From Eledone cirrhosa (Eukaryota): a stretch of DNA of 64,000 nucleotides. Below are positions 51,801 to 64,000 of the stretch, one piece after another. The notes beneath the pieces were generated by a model, which did no database searches, had not been told where the DNA came from, and worked only from the letters and a program-made list of their open reading frames with translations. The stretch lies in contig OZ024747.1 in the NCBI GenBank assembly GCA_964016885.1, positions 29,636,001 to 29,700,000 on the forward strand, read 5' to 3'. A program made the translations under genes and the position numbers. The stretch's first letter is position 1, and every line of letters begins with the position of its first letter.

Positions 51801-54800
51801 CCAAGGAGGTAATTTCTAGCCGTCCAAGGGGAGATAATTTCCAGCCGTCCAAGGGGAGATAATTTTTTTAAAAAAATCAGGCGGAGATAATTTGTAAACA
51901 AAAATCAGGGGGAGATAATTTGTAAAAAAAAATCAGGGGGAGATAATTTGTAAAAAAAAATCAGGGGGAGATAATTTGTAAAAAAAATCAAGGGGAGATA
52001 ATTTCCAGCCGTCCAAGGGGAGGTAATATCTAGCCATCCAAGGGGAGATAATTTCCAGCCGTCCAAGGGGAGATAATTTCCAGCCGTCCAAGGGGAGATA
52101 ATATCCAGCCGTCCAAGGAGACATATTTTCCAGCCGTCCAAGGAGAGGTAATTTCTAGCCGTCCAAGGGGAGATAAGTTCCAGCCTCCAAGGGGAGATAA
52201 TTTCCAGCCAGCCAAGGGGAGATAATTTGTAAAAAAATCAGGGGGAGATAATTTGTAAAAAAAAAATCAGGGGGAGATAATTTGTAAAAAAATCAGGGGG
52301 AGATAATTTGTAAAAAAAAAATCAGGGGGAGACAATTTGTAAAAAAAATCAGGGGGAGATAATTTGTAGAAAAAATCAGGGGTAGATAATTTGTAAAAAA
52401 AATCAGGGGGAGATAATTTGTAAAAAAAATCAGGGGGAGATAATTTGTAAAAAAAATCAGGGGTAGATAATTTTCAGCCGTCCAAGGGGAGATAATTTCC
52501 ATCCTTCCAAGGGGAGATAATTTCCAGCCGTCCAAGGGGAGATAATCTCCCGCCAGCCAAGGAGAGATAACATTTAAAAAAATCAGGCGGAGATAATTTG
52601 TAAAAAAAATCAGGGGGAGATAATTTGTAAAAAAATCAGGGGTAGATAATTTCCAGCCGTCCAAGGGGAGATAATTTCCATCCTTCCAAGGGGAGATAAT
52701 TTCCAGCCGTCCAAGGGGAGATAATTTCCCGCCAGCCAAGGAGAGATAATATTTAAAAAAATCAGGCGGAGATAATTTGTAAAAAAAATCAGGGGGAGAT
52801 AATTTGTAAAAAAATCAGGGGGAGATAATTTGTAAAAAAAAATCAGGGGAGATAATTTGTAAAAAAAATCAGGGGGAGATAATTTGTAAAAAAAATCAGG
52901 GGTAGATAATTTGTAAAAAAAAATCAGGGGGAGATAATTTGTAAAAAAAAAATCAGGGGGAGATAATTTGTAAAAAAATCAAGGGTAGATAATTTCCAGC
53001 CGTCCAAGGGGAGATAATTTTCAGCCGTCCAAGGAGGTAATTTCTAGCCGTCCAAGGGGAGATAATTTCCAGCCGTCCAAGGGGAGATAATTTTTTTAAA
53101 AAAATCAGGCGGAGATAATTTGTAGAAAAAATCAGGGGTAGATAATTTGTAAAAAAAATCAGGGGGAGATAATTTGTAAAAAAAATCAGGGGGAGATAAT
53201 TTGTAAAAAAAATCAGGGGTAGATAATTTTCAGCCGTCCAAGGGGAGATAATTTCCATCCTTCCAAGGGGAGATAATCTCCCGCCAGCCAAGGAGAGATA
53301 ACATTTAAAAAAATCAGGCGGAGATAATTTGTAAAAAAAATCAGGGGGAGATAATTTGTAAAAAAATCAGGGGGAGATAATTTGTAAAAAAAATCAGGGG
53401 TAGATAATTTCCAGCCCTCCAAGGGGAGATAATTTCCATCCTTCCAAGGGGAGATAATTTCCAGCCGTCCAAGGGGAGATAATTTCTCGCCAGCCAAGGA
53501 GAGATAATATTTAAAAAAATCAGGCGGAGATAATTTGTAAAAAAAATCAGGGGGAGATAATTTGTAAAAAAATCAGGGGGAGATAATTTGTAAAAAAAAA
53601 TCAGGGGGAGATAATTTGTAAAAAAAATCAGGGGGAGATAATTTGTAAAAAAAATCAGGGGTAGATAATTTGTAAAAAAAAATCAGGGGGAGATAATTTG
53701 TAAAAAAAAAATCAGGGGGAGATAATTTGTAAAAAAATCAAGGGGAGATAATTTCCAGCCGTCCAAGGGGAGATAATTTTCAGCCGTCCAAGGAGAGGTA
53801 ATTTCTAGCCGTCCAAGGGGAGATAATTTCCAGCCGTCCAAGGGGAGATAATTTTTTTAAAAAAATCAGGCGGAGATAATTTGTAAACAAAAATCAGGGG
53901 GAGATAATTTGTAAAAAAAAATCAGGGGGAGATAATTTGTAAAAAATAATCAGGGGGAGATAATTTGTAAAAAAAATCAAGGGGAGATAATTTCCAGCCG
54001 TCCAAGGGGAGGTAATATCTAGCCATCCAAGGGGAGATAATTTCCAGCCGTCCAAGGGGAGATAATTTCCAGCCGTCCAAGGGGAGATAATATCCAGCCG
54101 TCCAAGGAGACATATTTTCCAGCCGTCCAAGGAGAGGTAATTTCTAGCCGTCCAAGGGGAGATAAGTTCCAGCCTCCAAGGGGAGATAATTTCCAGCCAG
54201 CCAAGGGGAGATAATTTGTAAAAAAATCAGGGGGAGATAATTTGTAAAAAAAATCAGGGGGAGATAATTTGTAAAAAAAATCAGGGGTAGATAATTTGTA
54301 AAAAAAAATCAGGGGGAGATAATTTGTAAAAAAAAAATCAGGGGGAGATAATTTGTAAAAAAATCAAGGGGAGATAATTTCCAGCCGTCCAAGGGGAGAT
54401 AATTTTCAGCCGTCCAAGGAGAGGTAATTTCTCGCCGTCCAAGGGGAGATAATTTCCAGCCGTCCAAGGGGAGATAATTTTTTTAAAAAAATCAGGCGGA
54501 GATAATTTGTAAAAAAAAATCAGGGGGAGATAATTTGTAAAAAAAAATCAGGGGGAGATAATTTGTAAAAAAAATCAAGGGGAGATAATTTCCAGCCGTC
54601 CAAGGGGAGGTAATATCTAGCCATCCAAGGGGAGATAATTTCCAGCCGTCCAAGGGGAGATAATTTCCAGCCGTCCAAGGGGAGATAATATCCAGCCGTC
54701 CAAGGAGACATATTTTCCAGCCGTCCAAGGAGAGGTAATTTCTAGCCGTCCAAGGGGAGATAAGTTCCAGCCTCCAAGGGGAGATAATTTCCAGCCAGCC

Positions 54801-57800
54801 AAGGGGAGATAATTTGTAAAAAAATCAGGGGGAGATAATTTGTAAAAAAAAAATCAGGGGGAGATAATTTGTAAAAAAATCAGGGGGAGATAATTTGTAA
54901 AAAAAAAATCAGGGGGAGATAATTTGTAAAAAAAATCAGGGGGAGATAATTTGTAAAAAAAATCAGGGGTAGATAATTTGTAAAAAAAATCAGGGGGAGA
55001 TAATTTGTAAAAAAAATCAGGGGTAGATAATTTTCAGCCGTCCAAGGGGAGATAATTTCCATCCTTCCAAGGGGAGATAATTTCCAGCCGTCCAAGGAGA
55101 GATAATTTCCCGCCAGCCAAGGAGAGATAACATTTAAAAAAATCAGGCGGAGATAATTTGTAAAAAAAATCAGGGGGAGATAATTTGTAAAAAAATCAGG
55201 GGGAGATAATTTGTAAAAAAAATCAGGGGTAGATAATTTCCAGCCGTCCAAGGGGAGATAATTTCCATCCTTCCAAGGGGAGATAATTTCCAGCCGTCCA
55301 AGGGGAGATAATTTCCCGCCAGCCAAGGAGAGATAATATTTAAAAAAATCAGGCGGAGATAATTTGTAAAAAAAATCAGGGGGAGATAATTTGTAAAAAA
55401 ATCAGGGGGAGATAATTTGTAAAAGAAAATCAGGGGGAGATAATTTGTAAAAAAAATCAGGGGGAGATAATTTGTAAAAAAAAATCAGGGGTAGATAATT
55501 TGTAAAAAAAAATCAGGGGGAGATAATTTGTAAAAAAAAAATCAGGGGGAGATAATTTTTAAAAATCAAGGGGAGATAATTTCCAGCCGTCCAAGGGGAG
55601 ATAATTTTCAGCCGTCCAAGTAGAGGTAATTTCTAGCCGTCCAAGGGGAGATAATTTCCAGCCGTCCAAGGGGAGATAATTTTTTTAAAAAAATCAGGCG
55701 GAGATAATTTGTAAACAAAAATCAGGGGGAGATAATTTGTAAAAAAAATCAGGGGGAGATAATTTGTAAAAAAAAATCAGGGGGAGATAATTTGTAAAAA
55801 AATTCAAGGGGAGATAATTTCCAGCCGTCCAAGGGGAGGTAATATCTAGCCATCCAAGGGGAGATAATTTCCAGCCGTCCAAGGGGAGATAATTTTTTTA
55901 AAAAAATCAGGCGGAGATAATTTGTAAACAAAAATCAGGGGGAGATAATTTGTAAAAAAAAATCAGGGGGAGATAATTTGTAAAAAAAAAATCAGGGGGT
56001 GATAATTTGTAAAAAAATCAAGGGGAGATAATTTCCAGCCGTCCAAGGGGAGATAATTTTCAGCCGTCCAAGGAGAGGTAATTTCTAGCCGTCCAAGGGG
56101 AGATTATTTCCAGCCAGCCAAGGGGAGATAATTTGTAAAAAAATCAGGGGTAGATAATTTGTAAAAAAAAATCAGGGGGAGATAATTTGTAAAAAAAATC
56201 AGGGGGAGATAATTTGTAAAAAAAATCAGGGGTAGATAATTTCCAGCCGTCCAAGGGGAGATAATTTCCATCCTTCCAAGGGGAGATAATTTCCAGCCGT
56301 CCAAGGGGAGATAATTTCCCGCCAGCCAAGGAGAGATAACATTTAAAAAAATCAGGCGGAGATAATTTGTAAAAAAAATCAGGGGGAGATAATTTGTAAA
56401 AAAATCAGGGGGAGATAATTTGTAAAAAAAAAATCAGGGGGAGATAATTTGTAAAAAAAATCAGGGCGAGATAATTTGTAAAAAAAATCAGGGGTAGATA
56501 ATTTGTAAAAAAAATCAGGGGGAGATAATTTGTAAAAAAAATCAGGGGGAGATAATTTGTAAAAAAAATCAGGGGTAGATAATTTCCAGCCGTCCAAGGG
56601 GAGATAATTTCCATCCTTCCAAGGGGAGATAATTTCCAGCCGTCCAAGGGGAGATAATTTCCCGCCAGCCAAGGAGAGATAACATTTAAAAAAATCAGGC
56701 GGAGATAATTTGTAAAAAAAATCAGGGGGAGATAATTTGTAAAAAAATCAGGGGGAGATAATTTGTAAAAAAAATCAGGGGTAGATAATTTCCAGCCGTC
56801 CAAGGGGAGATAATTTCCATCCTTCCAAGGGGAGATAATTTCCAGCCGTCCAAGGGGAGATAATTTCCCGCCAGCCAAGGAGAGATAATATTTAAAAAAA
56901 TCAGGCGGAGATAATTTGTAAAAAAAATCAGGGGGAGATAATTTGTAAAAAAATCAGGGGGAGATAATTTGTAAAAAAAAATCAGGGGAGATAATTTGTA
57001 AAAAAAATCAGGGGGAGATAATTTGTAAAAAAAATCAGGGGTAGATAATTTGTAAAAAAAAATCAGGGGGAGATAATTTGTAAAAAAAAAATCAGGGGGA
57101 GATAATTTGTAAAAAAATCAAGGGTAGATAATTTCCAGCCGTCCAAGGGGAGATAATTTTCAGCCGTCCAAGGAGGTAATTTCTAGCCGTCCAAGGGGAG
57201 ATAATTTCCAGCCGTCCAAGGGGAGATAATTTTTTTAAAAAAATCAGGCGGAGATAATTTGTAAACAAAAATCAGGGGGAGATAATTTGTAAAAAAAAAT
57301 CAGGGGGAGATAATTTGTAAAAAAAAATCAGGGGGAGATAATTTGTAAAAAAAATCAAGGGGAGATAATTTCCAGCCGTCCAAGGGGAGGTAATATCTAG
57401 CCATCCAAGGGGAGATAATTTCCAGCCGTCCAAGGGGAGATAATTTCCAGCCGTCCAAGGGGAGATAATATCCAGCCGTCCAAGGAGACATATTTTCCAG
57501 CCGTCCAAGGAGAGGTAATTTCTAGCCGTCCAAGGGGAGATAAGTTCCAGCCTCCAAGGGGAGATAATTTCCAGCCAGCCAAGGGGAGATAATTTGTAAA
57601 AAAATCAGGGGGAGATAATTTGTAAAAAAAAAATCAGGGGGAGATAATTTGTAAAAAAATCAGGGGGAGATAATTTGTAAAAAAAAAATCAGGGGGAGAC
57701 AATTTGTAAAAAAAATCAGGGGGAGATAATTTGTAGAAAAAATCAGGGGTAGATAATTTGTAAAAAAAATCAGGGGGAGATAATTTGTAAAAAAAATCAG

Positions 57801-59617
57801 GGGGAGATAATTTGTAAAAAAAATCAGGGGTAGATAATTTTCAGCCGTCCAAGGGGAGATAATTTCCATCCTTCCAAGGGGAGATAATTTCCAGCCGTCC
57901 AAGGGGAGATAATCTCCCGCCAGCCAAGGAGAGATAACATTTAAAAAAATCAGGCGGAGATAATTTGTAAAAAAAATCAGGGGGAGATAATTTGTAAAAA
58001 AATCAGGGGTAGATAATTTCCAGCCGTCCAAGGGGAGATAATTTCCATCCTTCCAAGGGGAGATAATTTCCAGCCGTCCAAGGGGAGATAATTTCCCGCC
58101 AGCCAAGGAGAGATAATATTTAAAAAAATCAGGCGGAGATAATTTGTAAAAAAAATCAGGGGGAGATAATTTGTAAAAAAATCAGGGGGAGATAATTTGT
58201 AAAAAAAAATCAGGGGAGATAATTTGTAAAAAAAATCAGGGGGAGATAATTTGTAAAAAAAATCAGGGGTAGATAATTTGTAAAAAAAAATCAGGGGGAG
58301 ATAATTTGTAAAAAAAAAATCAGGGGGAGATAATTTGTAAAAAAATCAAGGGTAGATAATTTCCAGCCGTCCAAGGGGAGATCATTTTCAGCCGTCCAAG
58401 GAGGTAATTTCTAGCCGTCCAAGGGGAGATAATTTCCAGCCGTCCAAGGGGAGATAATTTTTTTAAAAAAATCAGGCGGAGATAATTTGTAGAAAAAATC
58501 AGGGGTAGATAATTTGTAAAAAAAATCAGGGGGAGATAATTTGTAAAAAAAATCAGGGGGAGATAATTTGTAAAAAAAATCAGGGGTAGATAATTTTCAG
58601 CCGTCCAAGGGGAGATAATTTCCATCCTTCCAAGGGGAGATAATCTCCCGCCAGCCAAGGAGAGATAACATTTAAAAAAATCAGGCGGAGATAATTTGTA
58701 AAAAAAATCAGGGGGAGATAATTTGTAAAAAAATCAGGGGGAGATAATTTGTAAAAAAAATCAGGGGTAGATAATTTCCAGCCCTCCAAGGGGAGATAAT
58801 TTCCATCCTTCCAAGGGGAGATAATTTCCAGCCGTCCAAGGGGAGATAATTTCTCGCCAGCCAAGGAGAGATAATATTTAAAAAAATCAGGCGGAGATAA
58901 TTTGTAAAAAAAATCAGGGGGAGATAATTTGTAAAAAAATCAGGGGGAGATAATTTGTAAAAAAAAATCAGGGGGAGATAATTTGTAAAAAAAATCAGGG
59001 GGAGATAATTTGTAAAAAAAATCAGGGGTAGATAATTTGTAAAAAAAAATCAGGGGGAGATAATTTGTAAAAAAAAAATCAGGGGGAGATAATTTGTAAA
59101 AAAATCAAGGGGAGATAATTTCCAGCCGTCCAAGGGGAGATAATTTTCAGCCGTCCAAGGAGAGGTAATTTCTAGCCGTCCAAGGGGAGATAATTTCCAG
59201 CCGTCCAAGGGGAGATAATTTTTTTAAAAAAATCAGGCGGAGATAATTTGTAAACAAAAATCAGGGGGAGATAATTTGTAAAAAAAAATCAGGGGGAGAT
59301 AATTTGTAAAAAATAATCAGGGGGAGATAATTTGTAAAAAAAATCAAGGGGAGATAATTTCCAGCCGTCCAAGGGGAGGTAATATCTAGCCATCCAAGGG
59401 GAGATAATTTCCAGCCGTCCAAGGGGAGATAATTTCCAGCCGTCCAAGGGGAGATAATATCCAGCCGTCCAAGGAGACATATTTTCCAGCCGTCCAAGGA
59501 GAGGTAATTTCTAGCCGTCCAAGGGGAGATAAGTTCCAGCCTCCAAGGGGAGATAATTTCCAGCCAGCCAAGGGGAGATAATTTGTAAAAAAATCAGGGG
59601 GAGATAATTTGTAAAAA
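48860..59617. repeat. 5367 bp tandem duplication inside macro-unit 2
   Basis: Offset 5367 for 49125/54492, 50327/55694, 52293/57660 and 53894/59261. Private shortened monomer GATAATTTTTAAAAATCAAGG at ~50184 and ~55551. Confidence 0.9.
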
Positions 59618-62600
59618 AAAAATCAGGGGCAGATAATTTGTAAAAAAATCAGGGGGAGATAATTTGTAAAAAAAAAATCAGGGGGAGATAATTTGTAAAA
59701 AAAATCAGGGGGAGATAATTTGTAAAAAAAATCAGGGGTAGATAATTTGTAAAAAAAATCAGGGGGAGATAATTTGTAAAAAAAATCAGGGGTAGATAAT
59801 TTTCAGCCGTCCAAGGGGAGATAATTTCCATCCTTCCAAGGGGAGATAATTTCCAGCCGTCCAAGGAGAGATAATTTCCCGCCAGCCAAGGAGAGATAAC
59901 ATTTAAAAAAATCAGGCGGAGATAATTTGTAAAAAAAATCAGGGGGAGATAATTTGTAAAAAAATCAGGGGGAGATAATTTGTAAAAAAAAATCAGGGGG
60001 AGATAATTTGTAAAAAAAATCAGGGGGAGATAATTTGTAAAAAAAATCAGGGGTAGATAATTTGTAAAAAAAAATCAGGGGGAGATAATTTGTAAAAAAA
60101 AAATCAGTGGGAGATAATTTGTAAAAAAATCAAGGGGAGATAATTTCCAGCCGTCCAAGGGGAGATAATTTTCAGCCGTCCAAGGAGAGGTAATTTCTAG
60201 CCGTCCAAGGGGAGATAATTTCCAGCCGTCCAAGGGGAGATAATTTTTTTAAAAAAATCAGGCGGAGATAATTTGTAAACAAAAATCAGGGGGAGATAAT
60301 TTGTAAAAAAAAATCAGGGGGAGATAATTTGTAAAAAAAATCAGGGGGAGATAATTTGTAAAAAAAATCAAGGGGAGATAATTTCCAGCCGTCCAAGGGG
60401 AGGTAATATCTAGCCATCCAAGGGGAGATAATTTCCAGCCGTCCAAGGGGAGATAATTTCCAGCCGTCCAAGGGGAGATAATATCCAGCCGTCCAAGGAG
60501 ACATATTTTCCAGCCGTCCAAGGAGACGTAATTTCTAGCCGTCCAAGGGGAGATAAGTTCCAGCCTCCAAGGGGAGATAATTTCCAGCCAGCCAAGGGGA
60601 GATAATTTGGAAAAAAATTAGGGGGAGATAATTTGTAAAAAAAAATTAGGGGGAGATAATTTGTAAAAAAAAATCAGGGGGAGATAATTTGTAAAAAAAA
60701 ATCAGGGGGAGATAATTTGTAAAAAGAATCAAGGGGAGATAATTTCCAGCCGTCCAAGGGGAGATAATTTTCAGCCGTCCAAGGAGAGGTAAATTCTAGC
60801 CGTCCAAGGAGATATAATTTCCAGCCGTCCAAGGGGAGATAATTTCCAGCCGTCCAAGGGGAGATAATTTTTAAAAAAAAATCAGGCGGAGATAATTTGT
60901 AAACAAAAATCAGGGGGAGATAATTTTTAAAAAAAGAAGTCAGGGGGAGATAATTTGTAAAAAAAAATCAGGGGGAGATAATTTGTAAAAAAAATCAAGG
61001 GGAGATAATTTCCAGCCGTCCAAGGGGAGGTAATATCTAGCCATCCAAGGGGAGATAATTTCCAGCCGTCCAAGGGGAGATAATTTCCAGCCGTCCAAGG
61101 GGAGATAATATCCAGCCGTCCAAGGAGACATATTTTCCAGCCGTCCAAGGAGAGGTAATTTCTAGCCGTCCAAGGGGAGATAAGTTCCAGCCTCCAAGGG
61201 GAGATAATTTCCAGCCAGCCAAGGGGAGATAATTTGTAAAAAAATCAGGGGGGAGATAATTTGTAAAAAAAATCAGGGGGAGATAATTTGAAAAAAAAAA
61301 TCAGGGGGAGATAATTTGTAAAAAATATCAAGGGGAGATAATTTCCAGCCCTCCAAGGGGCTATAATTTCCAGCCGTGCAAGGGGAGATAATTTCCAGCC
61401 GTCCAAGGGGAGATAATTTCCATCCTTCCAAGGGGAGATAATTTCCAGCCGTCCAAGGGGAGATAATTTCCCGCCAGCCAAGGGAAGATAATTTTTTAAA
61501 AAATCAGGCGGAGATTGTAAAAAAAATCAGGGGGAGATAATTTGTAAAAAAATCAGGGGGAGATAATTTGTAAAAAAAAATCAGGGGGAGATAATTTGTA
61601 AAAAAAATCAGGGGGAGATAATTTGTAAAAAAAATCAGGGGTAGATAATTTGTAAAAAAAATCAGGGGGAGATAATTTGTAAAAAAAATCAGGGGGAGAT
61701 AATTTGTAAAAAAAATCAGGGGTAGATAATTTTCAGCCGTCCAAGGGGAGATAATTTCCATCCTTCCAAGGGGAGATAATTTCCAGCCGTCCAAGGGGAG
61801 ATAATTTCCCGCCAGCCAAGGAGAGATAACATTTAAAAAAATCAGGCGGAGATAATTTGTAAAAAAATCAGGGGGAGATAATTTGTAAAAAAAATCAGGG
61901 GTAGATAATTTCCAGCCGTCCAAGGGGAGATAATTTCCATCCTTCCAAGGGGAGATAATTTCCAGCCGTCCAAGGGGAGATAATTTCCCGCCAGCCAAGG
62001 AGAGATAATATTTAAAAAAATCAGGCGGAGATAATTTGTAAAAAAAATCAGGGGGAGATAATTTGTAAAAAAATCAGGGGGAGATAATTTGTAAAAAAAA
62101 ATCAGGGGGAGATAATTTGTAAAAAAAAATCAGGGGGAGATAATTTGTAAAAAAAAATCAGGGGTAGATAATTTGTAAAAAAAAATCAGGGGGAGATAAT
62201 TTGTAAAAAAAAAATCAGGGGGAGATAATTTGTAAAAAAATCAAGGGGAGATAATTTCCAGCCGTCCAAGGGGAGATAATTTTCAGCCGTCCAAGGAGAG
62301 GTAATTTCTAGCCGTCCAAGGGGAGATAATTTCCAGCCGTCCAAGGGGAGATAATTTTTTAAAAAAAATCAGGCGGAGATAATTTGTAAACAAAAATCAG
62401 GGGGAGATAATTTGTAAAAAAAAATCAGGGGGAGATAATTTGTAAAAAAAAATCAGGGGGAGATAATTTGTAAAAAAAATCAAGGGGAGATAATTTGTAA
62501 AAAAAAATCAGGGGTAGATAATTTGTAAAAAAAAATCAGGGGGAGATAATTTGTAAAAAAAAAATCAGGGGGAGATAATTTGTAAAAAAATCAAGGGGAG

Positions 62601-62707
62601 ATAATTTCCAGCCGTCCAAGGGGAGATAATTTTCAGCCGTCCAAGGAGAGGTAATTTCTAGCCGTCCAAGGGGAGATAATTTCCAGCCAGCCAAGGGGAG
62701 ATAATTT

Positions 62708-64000
62708 TTTTATGGGGGGGGTCCGTTTTTTATTTGGGTACCCCGTTTTTTATTTGGGTGCCCCGTTTTTTTATGGGGGGGGTCCGTTTTTTATTTGGGT
62801 GTCCCGTTTTTTTATGGGGGGGGTCCGTTTTTTATTTGGGTGCCCCGTTTTTTTATGGGGGGGGTCCCGTTTTTTATTTGGGTACCCCGTTTTTTATTTG
62901 GGTGCCCCGTTTTTTTATGGGGGGATCCGTTTTTTATTTGGGTGCCCCGTTTTTTATTTGGGTGTCCCGTTTTTTTATGGGGGGATCCGTTTTTTATTTG
63001 GGTGCCCCGTTTTTTATGGGGGGGGGTCCGTTTTTTATTTGGGTACCCCGTTTTTTATTTGGGTGCCCCGTTTTTTTATGGGGGGGGTCCGTTTTTTATT
63101 TGGGTGCCCCGTTTTTTTATGGGGGGGGTCCGTTTTTTATTTGGGTGCCCCGTTTTTTTATGGGGGGGGGGTCCCGTTTTTTATTTGGGTGCCCCGTTTT
63201 TTTATGGGGGGGGGTCCGTTTTTTATTTGGGTACCCCGTTTTTTATTTGGGTGCCCCGTTTTTTTATGGGGGGGGGTCCGTTTTTTATTTGGGTGCCCCG
63301 TTTTTTTATGGGGGGGGGCCGTTTTTTATTTGGGTGCCCCGTTTTTTTATGGGGGGGTCCCGTTTTTTATTTGGGTGCCCCGTTTTTTTATGGGGGGGGT
63401 CCGTTTTTTATTTGGGTACCCCGTTTTTTATTTGGGTGCCCCGTTTTTTTATGGGGGGGGTCCGTTTTTTATTTGGGTGCCCCGTTTTTTATTTGGGTGC
63501 CCCGTTTTTTTATGGGGGGGATCCGTTTTTTATTTGGGTGCCCCGTTTTATATTTGGGTGCCCCGTTTTTTATTTGGGTGCCCCGTTTTTTTATGGGGGG
63601 GTCCGTTTTTTATCTGGGTACCCCGTTTTTTATTTGGGTACCCCGTTTTTTATTTGGGTGCCCCGTTTTTTTATGGGGGGGGGTCCGTTTTTTATTTGGG
63701 TGCCCCGTTTTTTTAATGGGGGGGGGTCCGTTTTTTATTTGGGTGCCCCGTTTTTTATTTGGGTACCCCGTTTTTTATTTGGGTGCCCCGTTTTTTATTT
63801 GGGTGCCCCGTTTTTTTATGGGGGAGTCCGTTTTTTATTTGGGTGCCCCGTTTTTTATTTGGGTACCCCGTTTTTCATTTGGGTGCCCCGTTTTTTTATG
63901 GGGGGGTCCGTTTTTTATTTGGGTGCCCCGTTTTTTTATGGGGGGGGGCCGTTTTTTATTTGGGTACCCCGTTTTTTATTTGGGTGCCCCGTTTTTTATT
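62708..64000. repeat. Satellite B island, copy 3 (truncated by window end)
   Basis: Same left junction (CCAGCCAAGGGGAGATAATTTTTTTATGGGGGGGG) and monomer order as copy 1 at offset 36731. At least two 1-bp homopolymer differences. Confidence 0.96.

Larger units (their letters stand above)
32391..62707. repeat. Satellite A array, macro-repeat unit 2 (~30.3 kb)
   Basis: Same monomers and module order as 3318-25976, with extra internal expansions (1203 bp repeats near 35.4-38.2 kb and a 5367 bp duplication). Confidence 0.96.

Noticed and set aside
271-61998. Many 60-216 aa minus-strand ORFs (e.g. YLPLIFFTN, DGWKLSPLG repeats)
   Set aside because: These are translations of satellite monomers. Monomer lengths of 25-29 bp do not preserve frame, and most starts are alternative codons falling inside the repeat.
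1-64000. Whole window as a sequencing or assembly artefact, or synthetic DNA
   Set aside because: Private substitutions are shared hierarchically between copies and homopolymer lengths are position-specific, as expected for an evolved array. Individual duplications still need read validation.

Overview
The whole 64 kb is non-coding tandem-repeat (satellite-type) DNA. I find no credible gene, RNA gene, CRISPR array or transposase, and every ORF in the track is an artefact of translating repeats. About 57 kb is satellite A: two monomers share the core GGGGAGATAATTT, followed by either GT(A)7-10TCAG (A1, ~26-29 bp) or CCAGCCGTCCAA (A2, 25 bp). These monomers are nested into higher-order repeats at ~0.2, ~1.2, ~5.4-5.7 and ~23-37 kb. 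Satellite B is a different T/G-rich ~20-21 bp satellite that forms ~2.77 kb islands at ~25977, ~29620 and ~62708 (the last truncated by the window end), always at the same position of the macro-repeat. The window also holds an empty version of that site (3120-3317), where ~198 bp of satellite A replaces B. The right junction of B carries a 16-nt inverted piece of satellite A, suggesting a template-switch or repair event later amplified with the array. Organism and function (e.g. centromeric or subtelomeric) cannot be determined from the sequence alone, and some near-identical duplications could be assembly artefacts.
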